Source of the DNA: Halobacteriales archaeon
Lineage (GTDB): Archaea > Halobacteriota > Halobacteria > Halobacteriales > Hikarchaeaceae
Assembly: GCA_034521615.1 (NCBI GenBank)
Contig: JAXHME010000017.1
Location: forward strand, 6,728 to 70,727
Reading direction: 5' to 3'
DNA length: 64,000 nucleotides
Positions 20,418-29,685 of this stretch are shown here, one piece after another; the first letter of the stretch is position 1; each line of letters opens with the position of its first letter. Both the position numbers and the translations under genes were made by a program. Under the pieces are notes generated by a model. The model was not told where the DNA came from. It was given only the letters and a program-made list of their open reading frames with translations, and did no database searches.

Positions 20418-22025
20418 TCAGGGCTCGAGCGGCGTGACGTCCGTCACGGTCCCGACGCCCTTCGACTGGCCCTCGCGGAAGACGAACCGCTGGCCGGGCT
20501 CGACCAGGTACGGCCGGAACTTGAACCGGAGCCGGCTCCGGCCGGTGTCCCCCGGCAGGAGCTGGCCGTCGATCGGGTGGAACGAGGCCGCCTCGCTCAC
20601 CGTCTCGAGGTGCACGACGGGCTCGTAGCCCTCGCCGATGCGGGTCGGGTGGTTGAGCACCATCACCTCGGCCTCGAACTCCCGGACGGGCGTCGGGTCC
20701 GCGTCCCGGGGGAGCAGCACCATCCCGCGCTCGAGCTCGGCCTCCCGCACGCCGGCGAGCGCGATCCCGACGATGCGGCCCGCCGTCGCCTCGTCGACCC
20801 GGTGGTAGTGCATCTCGATCGAGCGGGCCTCGACCTCGCGGAACGAGCCGTCCGGGAACGGCCCGAGCTGGAGCTGGTCGCCCGCCGCCACCCGGCCGGA
20901 CTTCACGGTGCCCGAGGCGACCGCGCCCACGCCGGTGACCTGGTACGAGCGGTCGACGTAGAGGCGGAACGCGCCGTCCTCGGCCCGGGTCTTCGGGAGG
21001 TGCTCGAACAGGTAGTCGAGCTCCTCGAGGCCGCGGCCGGTGACGGCGCTGGTGGCGAGCACCGGCACGACGTCCGCGGAGACCTCCTCGACGGCGGTCT
21101 CGACGCCGTGGCGGTCGACCCGCAGCGGCGTGCGGCCGACGTCGCGGAGCAGCCGCTCGACCTCGCGCTCGACGGCCGCCGCGCGGGCGCCGTCGACGAC
21201 GTCGGTCTTCGTGATGGCGACGACGGTCGGCAGCTCGGTGGCGAGCAGGATGCCGAGGTGCTCGCGGGTGGTCTGGGTCGGGCCGTCGTCGGCCGCCACC
21301 ACCAGGAGGCCGTAGTCGAGCTTCTGGCCGACCAGGCCGCGGATCGTGGTCCGGAGCCAGGGCTCGTGCCCCACGGTGTCGACGAAGGAGACCAGCCGGT
21401 CGGCGGCCTCGACGACCGCGGCGCGGTCCTCCTTCCGGTCGGGGTTGTCCATCCGGACCGGCTCGCCGTCGCGGAAGCCGTAGACGCCGTACGAGAGGTC
21501 CGCCGACAGCCCCCGGTCGATCTCGTGGGGCTGGACGTCGAGGAACGACCGCGTGCCGCCCTGGCCGTCGTCGGCCTGGCCGGTCACGAGCGTCCCGACG
21601 AGCGTGCTCTTGCCGTGGTCGACGTGGCCGGCGGTGCCCACCACGATGTGGTCGTCGTCGACCTCGAGCACGCTGCCGTCGCGGACCTCAGCGACGCCGA
21701 CCAGCTCGCCGTCGCCGACGCCCCAGGTGTCGACCGACTCGATGTGGGCGCCGGCCTCCTCGGCGAGCAGCGAGAGCACGTCCATCGACTCCGAGAACGC
21801 CTCGGGCTCGAGGCCGGCCAGCCCGCCGTCGTCGGTGACGCCGATCACGTAGGTCGCCTCGCCGTCGCCCGACAGCACGCGGTGGCGGAGCTGGGCCGCC
21901 AGCGATTCGAGGCGACCCCCGGCGAGGTGGACGTCCCGGCTGAGCCGCTCCTTGAACTCGATGGGGCCGCCCTCCTCCTCGCCGCGCTCGATGGCGCGCT
22001 CGAGGACGGCCCGGTCGGCGCTCAT
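20418..22025 (-). CDS. GTPBP1-family translational-type GTPase (EF-1alpha-like)
   Basis: Start trimmed to ATG 22023-22025 (MSADRAVLERAIERGEEEGGPIEFKERL...). G1 motif GHVDHGKSTLVG, DTVGHE, ITKTD, followed by beta-barrel domains. Confidence 0.85.
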   Translation of the reverse strand: MSADRAVLERAIERGEEEGGPIEFKERLSRDVHLAGGRLESLAAQLRHRVLSGDGEATYVIGVTDDGGLAGLEPEAFSESMDVLSLLAEEAGAHIESVDTWGVGDGELVGVAEVRDGSVLEVDDDHIVVGTAGHVDHGKSTLVGTLVTGQADDGQGGTRSFLDVQPHEIDRGLSADLSYGVYGFRDGEPVRMDNPDRKEDRAAVVEAADRLVSFVDTVGHEPWLRTTIRGLVGQKLDYGLLVVAADDGPTQTTREHLGILLATELPTVVAITKTDVVDGARAAAVEREVERLLRDVGRTPLRVDRHGVETAVEEVSADVVPVLATSAVTGRGLEELDYLFEHLPKTRAEDGAFRLYVDRSYQVTGVGAVASGTVKSGRVAAGDQLQLGPFPDGSFREVEARSIEMHYHRVDEATAGRIVGIALAGVREAELERGMVLLPRDADPTPVREFEAEVMVLNHPTRIGEGYEPVVHLETVSEAASFHPIDGQLLPGDTGRSRLRFKFRPYLVEPGQRFVFREGQSKGVGTVTDVTPLEP

Positions 22026-22050
22026 GGGCCGCGGTTGGCGGCTCGGCGGA

Positions 22051-22537
22051 TTAACCCTTCCCCCGGCCCGGCCCCGACAGCTGCTCATAGGCGGCCCGCA
22101 CGCGCCGGAACTCGTCCTCGTCGCCGCCGTCGGCCGCGTCCGGATGGACGGCCTTCACGCGGGTGCGATAGGCCCGCCGGATGGCGCGCTCGTCGGCCCC
22201 CGGCGGGAGGTCCAGCGTCGAGAGCGCCTCGTCGCGGTCCATCGACACCGACGGCCCGTCGCGGTCGGCCCTCACCCTCCCACCGGGTCCGGCGGGTCCG
22301 CTCGCGGCCCCGTGCAGCGGCCGCCCGGCGCCGTTCGTCGTCCCCGTCGAGGAACCGCCGTCGGATCCGCTTGTGGAGCTGGCCGGTCGCCTGCATCCAG
22401 AGGAAGTAGGCCGCGGCGGCGAACGGGAGCGCCACCAGCAGCAGGATGAGGTTGAAGACGGCCCCGAGGACCAGGAAGAGCGCGGCCGTGCCGGCGAGCA
22501 CGCCGGCGATCCCGAGGAGGAGCCGCGACCGGGTCAC
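22051..22537 (-). pseudogene. Membrane-anchored J-domain (DnaJ-like) protein, split over two frames somewhere in 22265-22360
   Basis: N-terminal 2-TM part in track ORF 22085..22537 (MTRSRLLLGIAGVLAGTAALFLVLGAVFNLILLLVALPFAAAAYFLWMQATG...). J domain in track ORF 22051..22275 (...DEALSTLDLPPGADERAIRRAYRTRVKAVHPDAADGGDEDEFRRVRAAYEQL). Confidence 0.75.
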
Positions 22538-22621
22538 GGCCGGCGGTAGCGGGCCGAGCTACATAGCGTTCCCGGCGGGTCGGCCCGGGGAGTCTTGTCG
22601 CCCCGGCGCGACGGGACGACC

Positions 22622-22774
22622 ATGAGCGTCTCCGGGCTCTGCCAGCTCTGCCAGTCCGCCCCCGCGAAGTTCCGGTGTGGGAGCTGCGGCGCGCTGGTCT
22701 GCGACGACCACTACGTCCCGGGCGTCGGGCGCTGCACGGACTGCGCCGGCCCCGACGGCGGTCGGCAGCTGTAG
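22622..22774 (+). CDS. Small 4-Cys(+) zinc-ribbon protein (50 aa)
   Basis: Own translation, below the track threshold: MSVSGLCQLCQSAPAKFRCGSCGALVCDDHYVPGVGRCTDCAGPDGGRQL*. CxxC-N10-CxxC plus CxxC. High GC3. Confidence 0.6.
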   Translation: MSVSGLCQLCQSAPAKFRCGSCGALVCDDHYVPGVGRCTDCAGPDGGRQL

Positions 22775-22778
22775 CCCG

Positions 22779-23570
22779 CTATCGGTACTCGTTGAGCCGC
22801 GTCTTCGTCCGCTTGGCCGCCTCGCCCGCGGCCTTCGCGAAGCGGTCGTCCTCGCCCGCGTAGATGATCCCCCGCGAGGAGTTGACCAGCCCGACGCCGT
22901 CGGCCAGCCCGTGGGTCACGGCGGCCTCGACGTCACCGCCCTGGGCGCCGACGCCCGGGACGAGGAACGGCAGCTCGGGGACGCGCTCGCGGACCGCCTC
23001 GAGCTGCTCGGGGGCGGTCGCGCCCACCACGAGGCCGACGTTGCCGTGCTCGTTCAACGAGGCCGCCAGGTCGGCGACCCGCTCGTAGACGAGGTCGCCG
23101 TCGGCCAGCTCGAGGTGCTGGAGGTCGGCGCCGCCGCGGTTCGACGTCCGACAGAGGACGAAGACGCCCGCGTCGGCGCGCGCGAGGAAGGGGCCGAGCG
23201 AGTCCCGGCCCAGGTAGGGGTTGACCGTGATGGCGTCGGCCAGCTCGAGGAGCTCGGCATAGCGCCGGGCGCTCGGGCCGACGTCGGCCCGCTTGGCGTC
23301 GAGCAGCACCGGGACGTCCTTGCCCCGGGCGTACGCGACGGTCTCGACGAGGCTCCGCCAGCCGTCGGCGTCCTCGTAGAAGGCCGCGTTGGGCTTGTAG
23401 GCGGCCGCGTGTTCGTGGGTGGCGTCGATGATCCGGCGGTTGAACGCCCACCGGGGCAGGTCGTGGTCCAGGAGGTGCTCCGGCAGGCGGTCGAGCTGGG
23501 GGTCCAGCCCGACCGAGAGGACCGAATCGACCGCCGTGATGCGCCCGGCGAGCCGGTCGAAGAAGGCCAT
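22779..23570 (-). CDS. pyrF: Orotidine-5'-phosphate decarboxylase (long/type-2 form)
   Basis: MAFFDRLAGRITAVDSVLSVGLDPQ...VLLDAKRADVGPSA...ITVNPYLG...LVPGVGAQGG... Start set at ATG 23568-23570; the track start at 23594 is a GTG. Confidence 0.92.
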   Translation of the reverse strand: MAFFDRLAGRITAVDSVLSVGLDPQLDRLPEHLLDHDLPRWAFNRRIIDATHEHAAAYKPNAAFYEDADGWRSLVETVAYARGKDVPVLLDAKRADVGPSARRYAELLELADAITVNPYLGRDSLGPFLARADAGVFVLCRTSNRGGADLQHLELADGDLVYERVADLAASLNEHGNVGLVVGATAPEQLEAVRERVPELPFLVPGVGAQGGDVEAAVTHGLADGVGLVNSSRGIIYAGEDDRFAKAAGEAAKRTKTRLNEYR

Positions 23571-23656
23571 TGCCGGTCGGTCGCCCCCGGCCACCTCAAA
23601 CGTTCCGCCCGCCGCCCGACGGCAGCTTTATCGGCCCCGGTCGCCGACCCCCGGGC

Positions 23657-24331
23657 GTGCCCCCCGCCGCGGTCGGCTTCGACCTCGACGACACGCTCTG
23701 TGTCCCCGACCGGGACCGCGGAACCCTCCTCGCCGACGCCGTGACCGAGGCCGACGCGCCGCCGCTCGAGGAGTGGGCCTCCCGGGAGGCCTACCAGGCC
23801 GCCCACGGCTCGAACCTCACCAGCGAGAGCCGCACGCCCGTCTTCGCGGCGATGCTCGACGGGACGGCGGTCTCGGCCGACCCCGCGGCGCTCGCGACCG
23901 CCTATCGTGAGACCGTCAACGACGCGCTCCGCCCGCTCGCCGGGGTCGAGGGCCTGCTCGCCGGGCTGCGCGAGCGCTACCGGGTCGGGCTGCTGACGAA
24001 CGGCCCCCGGCGGGCCCAGCGCAGCAAGCTCGAGACGCTCGGGCTGACCGACGCCTTCGACGCCTCCTTCGTCACCGGGGAGCTCCCGGCCGGCAAGCCC
24101 GACCGCCGCGCGTTCGAGGCGCTGCTCGACGGGCTCGACGTCGAGCCCGACGAGCTCGTCTACGTCGGCGACGACGTGGACGCCGACGTCGGCGGCGCCA
24201 CGGCCGCCGGCTGCCGGGCGATCCAGGTGCTCCACGACGGCGGCCCGGACCCCGACCCCCGGGCCGCGGCCCACGTGCGGTTCGACGAGCTGGCACGGGT
24301 GCTGCCCGGCGTGCTCGAGGAGTTGGACTGA
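23657..24331 (+). CDS. HAD-superfamily hydrolase
   Basis: ...VGFDLDDTLCVPDR..., ...LLTNGPRRAQRSKL..., ...GKPDRRAFE..., ...YVGDDVDADVGGA... Start is uncertain (GTG 23657 chosen; the track ORF begins with TTG at 23570). Confidence 0.8.
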   Translation: MPPAAVGFDLDDTLCVPDRDRGTLLADAVTEADAPPLEEWASREAYQAAHGSNLTSESRTPVFAAMLDGTAVSADPAALATAYRETVNDALRPLAGVEGLLAGLRERYRVGLLTNGPRRAQRSKLETLGLTDAFDASFVTGELPAGKPDRRAFEALLDGLDVEPDELVYVGDDVDADVGGATAAGCRAIQVLHDGGPDPDPRAAAHVRFDELARVLPGVLEELD

Positions 24332-24363
24332 GCGCCGCTACCGGGCCGGGAAGCCCAGAACCG

Positions 24364-24813
24364 CTACTGGTCGGCGAGCTCCGCCCTGGCCGCCGCCGCG
24401 GCCTCCGGTACGTCGACGCCCTGGCGCCGGGCGTAGAGCACGGCCGCGGCGCCGATGGTCAGCCCCGCGTCGGCCTGGAGCCGGTTGATCCCCGCGACGG
24501 CCGCCTGCTTCTCCTGGCCCGCCTCGACGAGCGCCTCGAGCGCCTGCTCGAACGGCGAGGGCGCCCGGAGGAGCTCCTCGTCGGGGGTGAAGCCCGCCGG
24601 GATGTCGACGTCGCCCACGTCGAAGCCCGGCTCGAGCGTGTCGCCGTCCCGCGCGAGCAGCCCCCGGCCGACGGCGATGTCGACCACCCGGGAGGCCTGG
24701 TCCGGCGAGTACCAGCCGCGGTCGAGCGAGAGGCCGACGACGAACTCGCTCTCGGGGAGGCGATCCCGACCGCGGCCACGGAACGGGGCGGCCACGACGG
24801 CCCGGAGCGACAT
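24364..24813 (-). CDS. Conserved archaeal protein (DUF2240-like)
   Basis: MSLRAVVAAPFRGRGRDRLPESEFVVGLSLDRGWYSPDQASRVVDIAVGRGLLARDGD...AAAVLYARRQGVDV... Alternative ATG at 24840. Confidence 0.7.
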   Translation of the reverse strand: MSLRAVVAAPFRGRGRDRLPESEFVVGLSLDRGWYSPDQASRVVDIAVGRGLLARDGDTLEPGFDVGDVDIPAGFTPDEELLRAPSPFEQALEALVEAGQEKQAAVAGINRLQADAGLTIGAAAVLYARRQGVDVPEAAAAARAELADQ

Positions 24814-24870
24814 GGCCTGGCGGGCGCTCGGCGGGGCCATACCGGTTGCGGTCGGCCGCCGACCGAACCC

Positions 24871-24878
24871 CTTTAGTA
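24871..24878 (+). promoter_or_regulatory. TATA-like element (CTTTAGTA) 24-31 nt upstream of the eS8 start, suggesting a leaderless transcript
   Basis: Only AT patch in the 24814-24901 spacer. A similar CCCTTTAG lies about 27-34 nt upstream of the next gene (25347). Confidence 0.4.
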
Positions 24879-24901
24879 CGCCAGCGGCGGTATCTGTGTC
24901 C

Positions 24902-25276
24902 ATGAAATTCCAGGGTCGCTCGGACTCGAAGCCCTCCGGGGGGCGCCGGCGCACCGCCCGCAAGAAGCGAAAGCACGAGCTCGGCCGGGGCCCGGCCGAG
25001 ACCGAGGTCGGCGAGCGCCGCGTCCGGACGATCGACGCCCGCGGCAACGCCGAGAAGCAGCGCGCGCTGGCCGTGGCGGTCGCCCACGTCACCGCCGGCG
25101 GCGAGACCGTCGAGGCCACCATCGAGGACGTCGTCGAGAACCCCGCGAACCCGAACTACGTCCGCCGGAACATCGTCACGAAGGGCGCCGTCATCGAGAC
25201 CAGCGAGGGCCGCGCCCGGGTGACCTCCCGGCCCGGCCAGTCCGGCCAGGTCAACGCCGTCCTGCTCGAGGACTGA
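24902..25276 (+). CDS. rps8e: 30S ribosomal protein eS8
   Basis: Internal ATG 24902 of track ORF 24455..25276. MKFQGRSDSKPSGGRRRTARKKRKHELGRGPAETEVGERRVRTIDARGN... Confidence 0.93.
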   Translation: MKFQGRSDSKPSGGRRRTARKKRKHELGRGPAETEVGERRVRTIDARGNAEKQRALAVAVAHVTAGGETVEATIEDVVENPANPNYVRRNIVTKGAVIETSEGRARVTSRPGQSGQVNAVLLED

Positions 25277-25346
25277 CCCCACCCGTCTCCTTGGCGCCCC
25301 GAGCCGTATCCACGCCCTTTAGCGGCCGGGCCGGCCACGGCAGCCC

Positions 25347-26330
25347 ATGGACGAACGGACGCTGGTGGTCACCTACGACGCCGACGACGAGCGCCGCCGG
25401 ACCGTCGAGGCCGCGCTGCCGGCCGGCGTGACGGCGACGTACCTCGACGACCTCGACCCGGCGGCCCATCCCGAAGCCATCGACGGGGCCGACGCGGTCC
25501 TCACCTTCGTGCCCGAGCGGGAGCTGTCGGACGCCGCGTTCGAGGCGCTGCGGGCCGGCCAGGTCGTCCAGGCCGTCACCGCGGGGGTCGACCACCTCCC
25601 GCTCGAGGCGTTCCCCGACGGCGTGCGGGTGTTCTCGAACGCGGGCGCCTACGCCGAGCCCATGGGCGAGCACGTCGTCGCGCTCTACCTCGCGCTCGCC
25701 AAGCGGCTGCTGATCGAGCACCGGAACCTGCAGGACGGGGAGTGGAACCAGTTCGCGGAGAACCGCGAGGTCGACGGCTCGACGTGTGCGATCGTCGGCT
25801 TCGGCGCGGTCGGCGAGGCGGCCGCGCGGCGGCTGCAGGCGCTGGGCGTCGAGGTGCTCGGCATCAACCGCAGCGGCGAGTCCGAGACCGACGTCTCCTT
25901 CCTCGGCACGCCCGACGACCTCGAGCACGTGCTCCGGCGGGCCGACGGCGTCGTGCTCGCGGCGCCGCTGACCCCCGAGACCGAGGGGCTGATCGACGCC
26001 GAGGCGCTCGGCTGGCTGGCTGAGGACGCGATGTTGATCAACGTCGGCCGGGGCGGGCTGATCGACCAGGCCGACCTCTACGACCACCTCGAGTCAAACC
26101 CGGCGTTTCAAGCCGGCCTCGAGGTCTGGTGGGACGAGCCCGGCCGCGACGAGGCGTTCGAGCCGGACTACCCGTTCCTCGAGCTGCCGAACGTCATCGG
26201 CTGCCCGCACAACTCCTCGCGCGTCCCGGGCATCGGGCGGCGCGGGCAGACCGCCGCGGTCGAGAACGTCGTCCGGGCGCTCGGCGACGGCGCCGCCGAG
26301 AACGAGGTCGACCCGTCGCTGGGCTACTGA
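25347..26330 (+). CDS. D-isomer-specific 2-hydroxyacid dehydrogenase family, NAD-binding
   Basis: 327 aa. GFGAVGEAAARRL (Rossmann fold), ...LINVGRGGLIDQADL..., ...CPHNSS... Confidence 0.85.
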   Translation: MDERTLVVTYDADDERRRTVEAALPAGVTATYLDDLDPAAHPEAIDGADAVLTFVPERELSDAAFEALRAGQVVQAVTAGVDHLPLEAFPDGVRVFSNAGAYAEPMGEHVVALYLALAKRLLIEHRNLQDGEWNQFAENREVDGSTCAIVGFGAVGEAAARRLQALGVEVLGINRSGESETDVSFLGTPDDLEHVLRRADGVVLAAPLTPETEGLIDAEALGWLAEDAMLINVGRGGLIDQADLYDHLESNPAFQAGLEVWWDEPGRDEAFEPDYPFLELPNVIGCPHNSSRVPGIGRRGQTAAVENVVRALGDGAAENEVDPSLGY

Positions 26331-26337
26331 GCGCCGC

Positions 26338-27333
26338 TCAGGGCCGCGGCGCGGCCTTCTGGAGCGCGGTCTCGGCGATGTTGCCGCCGTAGTCGGCGCT
26401 GCGGGAGAGCGAGTCGACGATGAGCCCGAGGCTCCGGGCCTGCTGGGGCTCGAGGTCGCGCAGGAGCGCGTCGATCTCCCGGGCCTGGTCGTCGATGCCG
26501 AGGATGGCCTGGCTCGCCTCGTTGGCCAGCGCGGTGGCCCGCTCGGAGTCCTCGTGGGTCAGGGCGTCCATCGCGGTGTCCATCACGCCCGCGGCCTCGT
26601 CGTGGAGCGCCTCGAGGGCCTCGACGACCTCCGGGGGGATCTCCTCGAGTTCGAGCACCAGCTGGCCGATCTTCGCCGCGTGGTCGGCGATGCGCTCGAG
26701 CTGGCGCGCGCTCGAGTGGTAGTCGAAGCAGTCCTCCCGGGGCAGGCCGAGCTCCTCGATGGCCGACGGCGCCCGGAGGCTCGCCCGGAAGGTCCGCGAG
26801 ACGACGAACCAGAGCCGGTCGACGTCGTCGTCGCGCTCGATGACGTCCCGGGCGAGGTCGTCGTCGTTCTCGGCGAGCGCGGTGATGGCGTCCTCGAGCA
26901 TCGAGCCCGCGATGAGCCGCATCCGGTCGATGGCGTTCGTGATCGAGAGCTCCGAGGAGTCGAGCAGGTCCTGGACGACGACCCGGCCCGCGGTCTCCTC
27001 GAGCACCTCGAGGCCGACGAGGCTCTGGGTCGCCTGGCGGATGGCCCGGCGCTGCTCGGCGGTGATGCGGTCGGCCTCGAGCGCGATGACGTCGAAGCCG
27101 CTCACGTACATCGTCATGACCGCGCGCACGAGGTGTTCCGCGTCCATGCCCGAGACGTCGAGCGTCCCCTCCTCGGTGGCGTCCGCCTCGGCGGGCGTGA
27201 GCACCAGCGCGTCGCCGTCGGGGTAGAACGCCACCGCCGAGCCCGCCGCCACGTCGTTCGACCGGGCCCACTCCTTCGGCAGCGAGACGGTGAACGTCGA
27301 GCCGCCCGTGATCTGGACCTTCCGGGTCTCCAT
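26338..27333 (-). CDS. Phosphate-uptake regulator: N-terminal AbrB/SpoVT-type DNA-binding domain fused to tandem PhoU repeats
   Basis: Start trimmed to ATG 27331-27333. METRKVQITGGSTFTVSLPKEWARSNDV... then PhoU-like helices (...DDDVDRLWFVVSR..., ...ARQLERIADHAAKIG..., ...SRSADYGGNIAE...). Confidence 0.85.
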   Translation of the reverse strand: METRKVQITGGSTFTVSLPKEWARSNDVAAGSAVAFYPDGDALVLTPAEADATEEGTLDVSGMDAEHLVRAVMTMYVSGFDVIALEADRITAEQRRAIRQATQSLVGLEVLEETAGRVVVQDLLDSSELSITNAIDRMRLIAGSMLEDAITALAENDDDLARDVIERDDDVDRLWFVVSRTFRASLRAPSAIEELGLPREDCFDYHSSARQLERIADHAAKIGQLVLELEEIPPEVVEALEALHDEAAGVMDTAMDALTHEDSERATALANEASQAILGIDDQAREIDALLRDLEPQQARSLGLIVDSLSRSADYGGNIAETALQKAAPRP

Positions 27334-27608
27334 ACCGATCGGGGCGACGCACCGGAGACAATAAATCACTCTCGTTTCTATATATGTCCGAACGTATCCG
27401 GCCGATCTCCGCATGGACGCACTGCCCGCCGATCGTGGCCTCCGGAGACCAGCTCGATTCGGGGAGGCGTGATTGCACCATCACCCGCAGTACTGTGTAT
27501 TTGGCCCAGTTCTATCGACGCAAACAGGTGATGTCAATACTTGCCAAACACACTACTATATAGGCATCATAGCTATGTATTTATCCGTCCTCTTGCACCC
27601 ATCTGTTG
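27334..27608. promoter_or_regulatory. Divergent promoter region between the AbrB-PhoU regulator and pstS
   Basis: The least GC-rich intergenic stretch in the window. AT boxes at 27357-27367 (CAATAAATCAC), 27375-27386 (TTTCTATATATG), 27554-27563 (ACTATATAGG) and 27578-27586 (TATTTATCC, about 25-30 nt before the pstS ATG). CCGGAGAC occurs twice (27352-27359 and 27442-27449). Confidence 0.6.
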
Positions 27609-28598
27609 ATGGCAAGCACCCCATCGGACGAACCCTCGAGGCGGACGTTCCTGACCGGCGCTGGCGCAGCCGGCCTGGCCGCCCTGGCGGGCTGTGCGAC
27701 ACAATCCGGCGGCGACGGGAGCGACGGTGGCACCGCGGACTCGCTCTCGGGCAGCATCGCCATCGCGGGCTCCTCGACGGTCTTCCCGCTGGCCACCCAG
27801 ATGAAACAGGCGTTCCAGGAGGAGCACCCCGAGGTCACCATCTCCATCCAGTCGACGGGCTCCGGCGGCGGGTTCCAGAACCACTTCTGCCCCGGTGATA
27901 CGGACTTCAACAACTCCTCCCGCCCCATCAAGGACGCCGAGAAGGAGCTCTGCTCGGACAACGGCGTCGAGTGGGTCGAGCTCCAGGTCGCGACCGACGC
28001 GCTGACCGTCGTCGTCAACAACGACAACGACTGGGTCGACTGCCTCACCGTCGACGAGCTCAAGCGGCTCTGGGTCGCCGACGGCGCCACGAAGTGGAGC
28101 GACGTCAACGCCGAGTGGCCCGACGAGGAGATCAACCGCTTCGGCCCGACGGAGGCCTCCGGCACCTTCGACTACTTCAAGGAGGAGATCATCGGCGAGG
28201 ATGACGAGCACACCTCCGACCTCCAGGCGACCGAGCAGGACCGGACCATCATCCAGGGCGTCCAGAACGACCAGTACGCCCTCGGCTACTTCGGCTTCGC
28301 GTTCTTCGTCAATAACAAGGACGCGGTCAAAGCGCTCTCCATCGACGACGGCGACGGCTGCGTTCCGCCGACGCTCGAGAACGCCAAATCAGGTACCTAC
28401 GCCCCGCTGTCCCGGCCCCTCTTTACCTATCCCGCGGTCTCCTCGCTCGAGAACAAGCCCCAGGTCAGGTCGTTCGCTGAGTTCTTCGTGAGACACACCA
28501 CCGATCAAGAGATCGTCGCCGACAAGGTCGGCTACGTGCCCAACACCGAGTCGGAGATGCAGGACCAGCTGGCGAAGCTCGAGCCCTATCTTGGGTAG
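27609..28598 (+). CDS. pstS: Phosphate ABC transporter substrate-binding lipoprotein PstS (Tat signal plus lipobox)
   Basis: MASTPSDEPSRRTFLTGAGAAGLAALAGC..., then ...IAGSSTVFPL...IQSTGSGGGF...SSRPIKD... Confidence 0.93.
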   Translation: MASTPSDEPSRRTFLTGAGAAGLAALAGCATQSGGDGSDGGTADSLSGSIAIAGSSTVFPLATQMKQAFQEEHPEVTISIQSTGSGGGFQNHFCPGDTDFNNSSRPIKDAEKELCSDNGVEWVELQVATDALTVVVNNDNDWVDCLTVDELKRLWVADGATKWSDVNAEWPDEEINRFGPTEASGTFDYFKEEIIGEDDEHTSDLQATEQDRTIIQGVQNDQYALGYFGFAFFVNNKDAVKALSIDDGDGCVPPTLENAKSGTYAPLSRPLFTYPAVSSLENKPQVRSFAEFFVRHTTDQEIVADKVGYVPNTESEMQDQLAKLEPYLG

Positions 28599-28678
28599 GT
28601 CGCGGACGAGCCGGCAGCCGCTGACGGATTGGGAAACGGCCAAGTGTACCCCTGTACTCGAGCGAACTGACCTGATAG

Positions 28679-29684
28679 ATGGCCACTGACCTCGGCAAGG
28701 AGCTCTCCCGGCGGACGGAGAACTCCCCGCGAGAGCTGCTCGCCCGGTCGTTCTTCTTCGCCTGCGCGGCGCTCTCGATCCTCACCACGCTCGGCATCAT
28801 CGTCGTCCTCGTCACCGAGTCCGCGAAGTTCTTCACCTTCTCCGCGCCACTGGTCGGCGTCGACGGCCCGACCGCCGGCCTGGTCGAGTTCCTCACCGGC
28901 ACGAGGTGGTCGATCGCCGAGCAGGCGTTCGGCGTGCTCCCGCTGGTGGCGGGCACGCTCGTCATCGTCGTCGGCTCGGCCGCCATCGCCCTGCCGCTCG
29001 GGCTGGCGACGGCGATCTATCTCTCGGAGTACGCGAGCACGCGGACCCGCGCCTATCTCAAGCCCGCCCTCGAGATCCTGGCCGGCGTCCCGACGGTCAT
29101 CTACGGCTTCTTCGCGCTGAAGTACATCACGCCCGCCCTCGAGGTGTTCTTCCCGGAGATCGACTTCTTCAACGCGCTGAGCGCCTCGATCGTCGTCGGC
29201 ATCATGATTATCCCGATGGTCTCCTCAATCTCCGAGGACGCGATGAGCGCCGTGCCGGACGATCTCCGCCAGGCCGGCTACGGCCTCGGTGGGACGAAGT
29301 TCGACGTCTCCGTGAAGGTCGTCGTCCCCGCGGCTGTCTCGGGAATCGCCGCCTCGTTCATCCTGGCCATCTCCCGGGCGATCGGCGAGACGATGGCCGT
29401 GACGCATGGCGGCCGGCTCGACGCCGAAGCTTCCAGACTTCGGGACCCTCGCCCTCGGGGGGGTGACGATTCCCTTCCCGACGACGGGAACGCTCGGGAT
29501 CTACCTCGAATCGATCCAGCCGATGACCGCGGCGATGGTCCAGCTGCTGTTCGGCGACATCACCGGCGGCGGGCTGGCCTACCGGAGCCTGTTCGCCATC
29601 GGGATCACGCTGTTCGTGATGACGCTATTCATGAACATCGTCAGCGACTGGATCGCCGCTCGCTACCGGGAGGAGTACGAATAG
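28679..29684 (+). pseudogene. pstC: Phosphate ABC transporter permease PstC, frame-broken at about 29402-29406
   Basis: Frame of 28679 up to ...[16 protein letters not shown], then the frame of track ORF 29406..29684 ([19 protein letters not shown]...[19 protein letters not shown]). Confidence 0.88.
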
Positions 29685-29685
29685 A

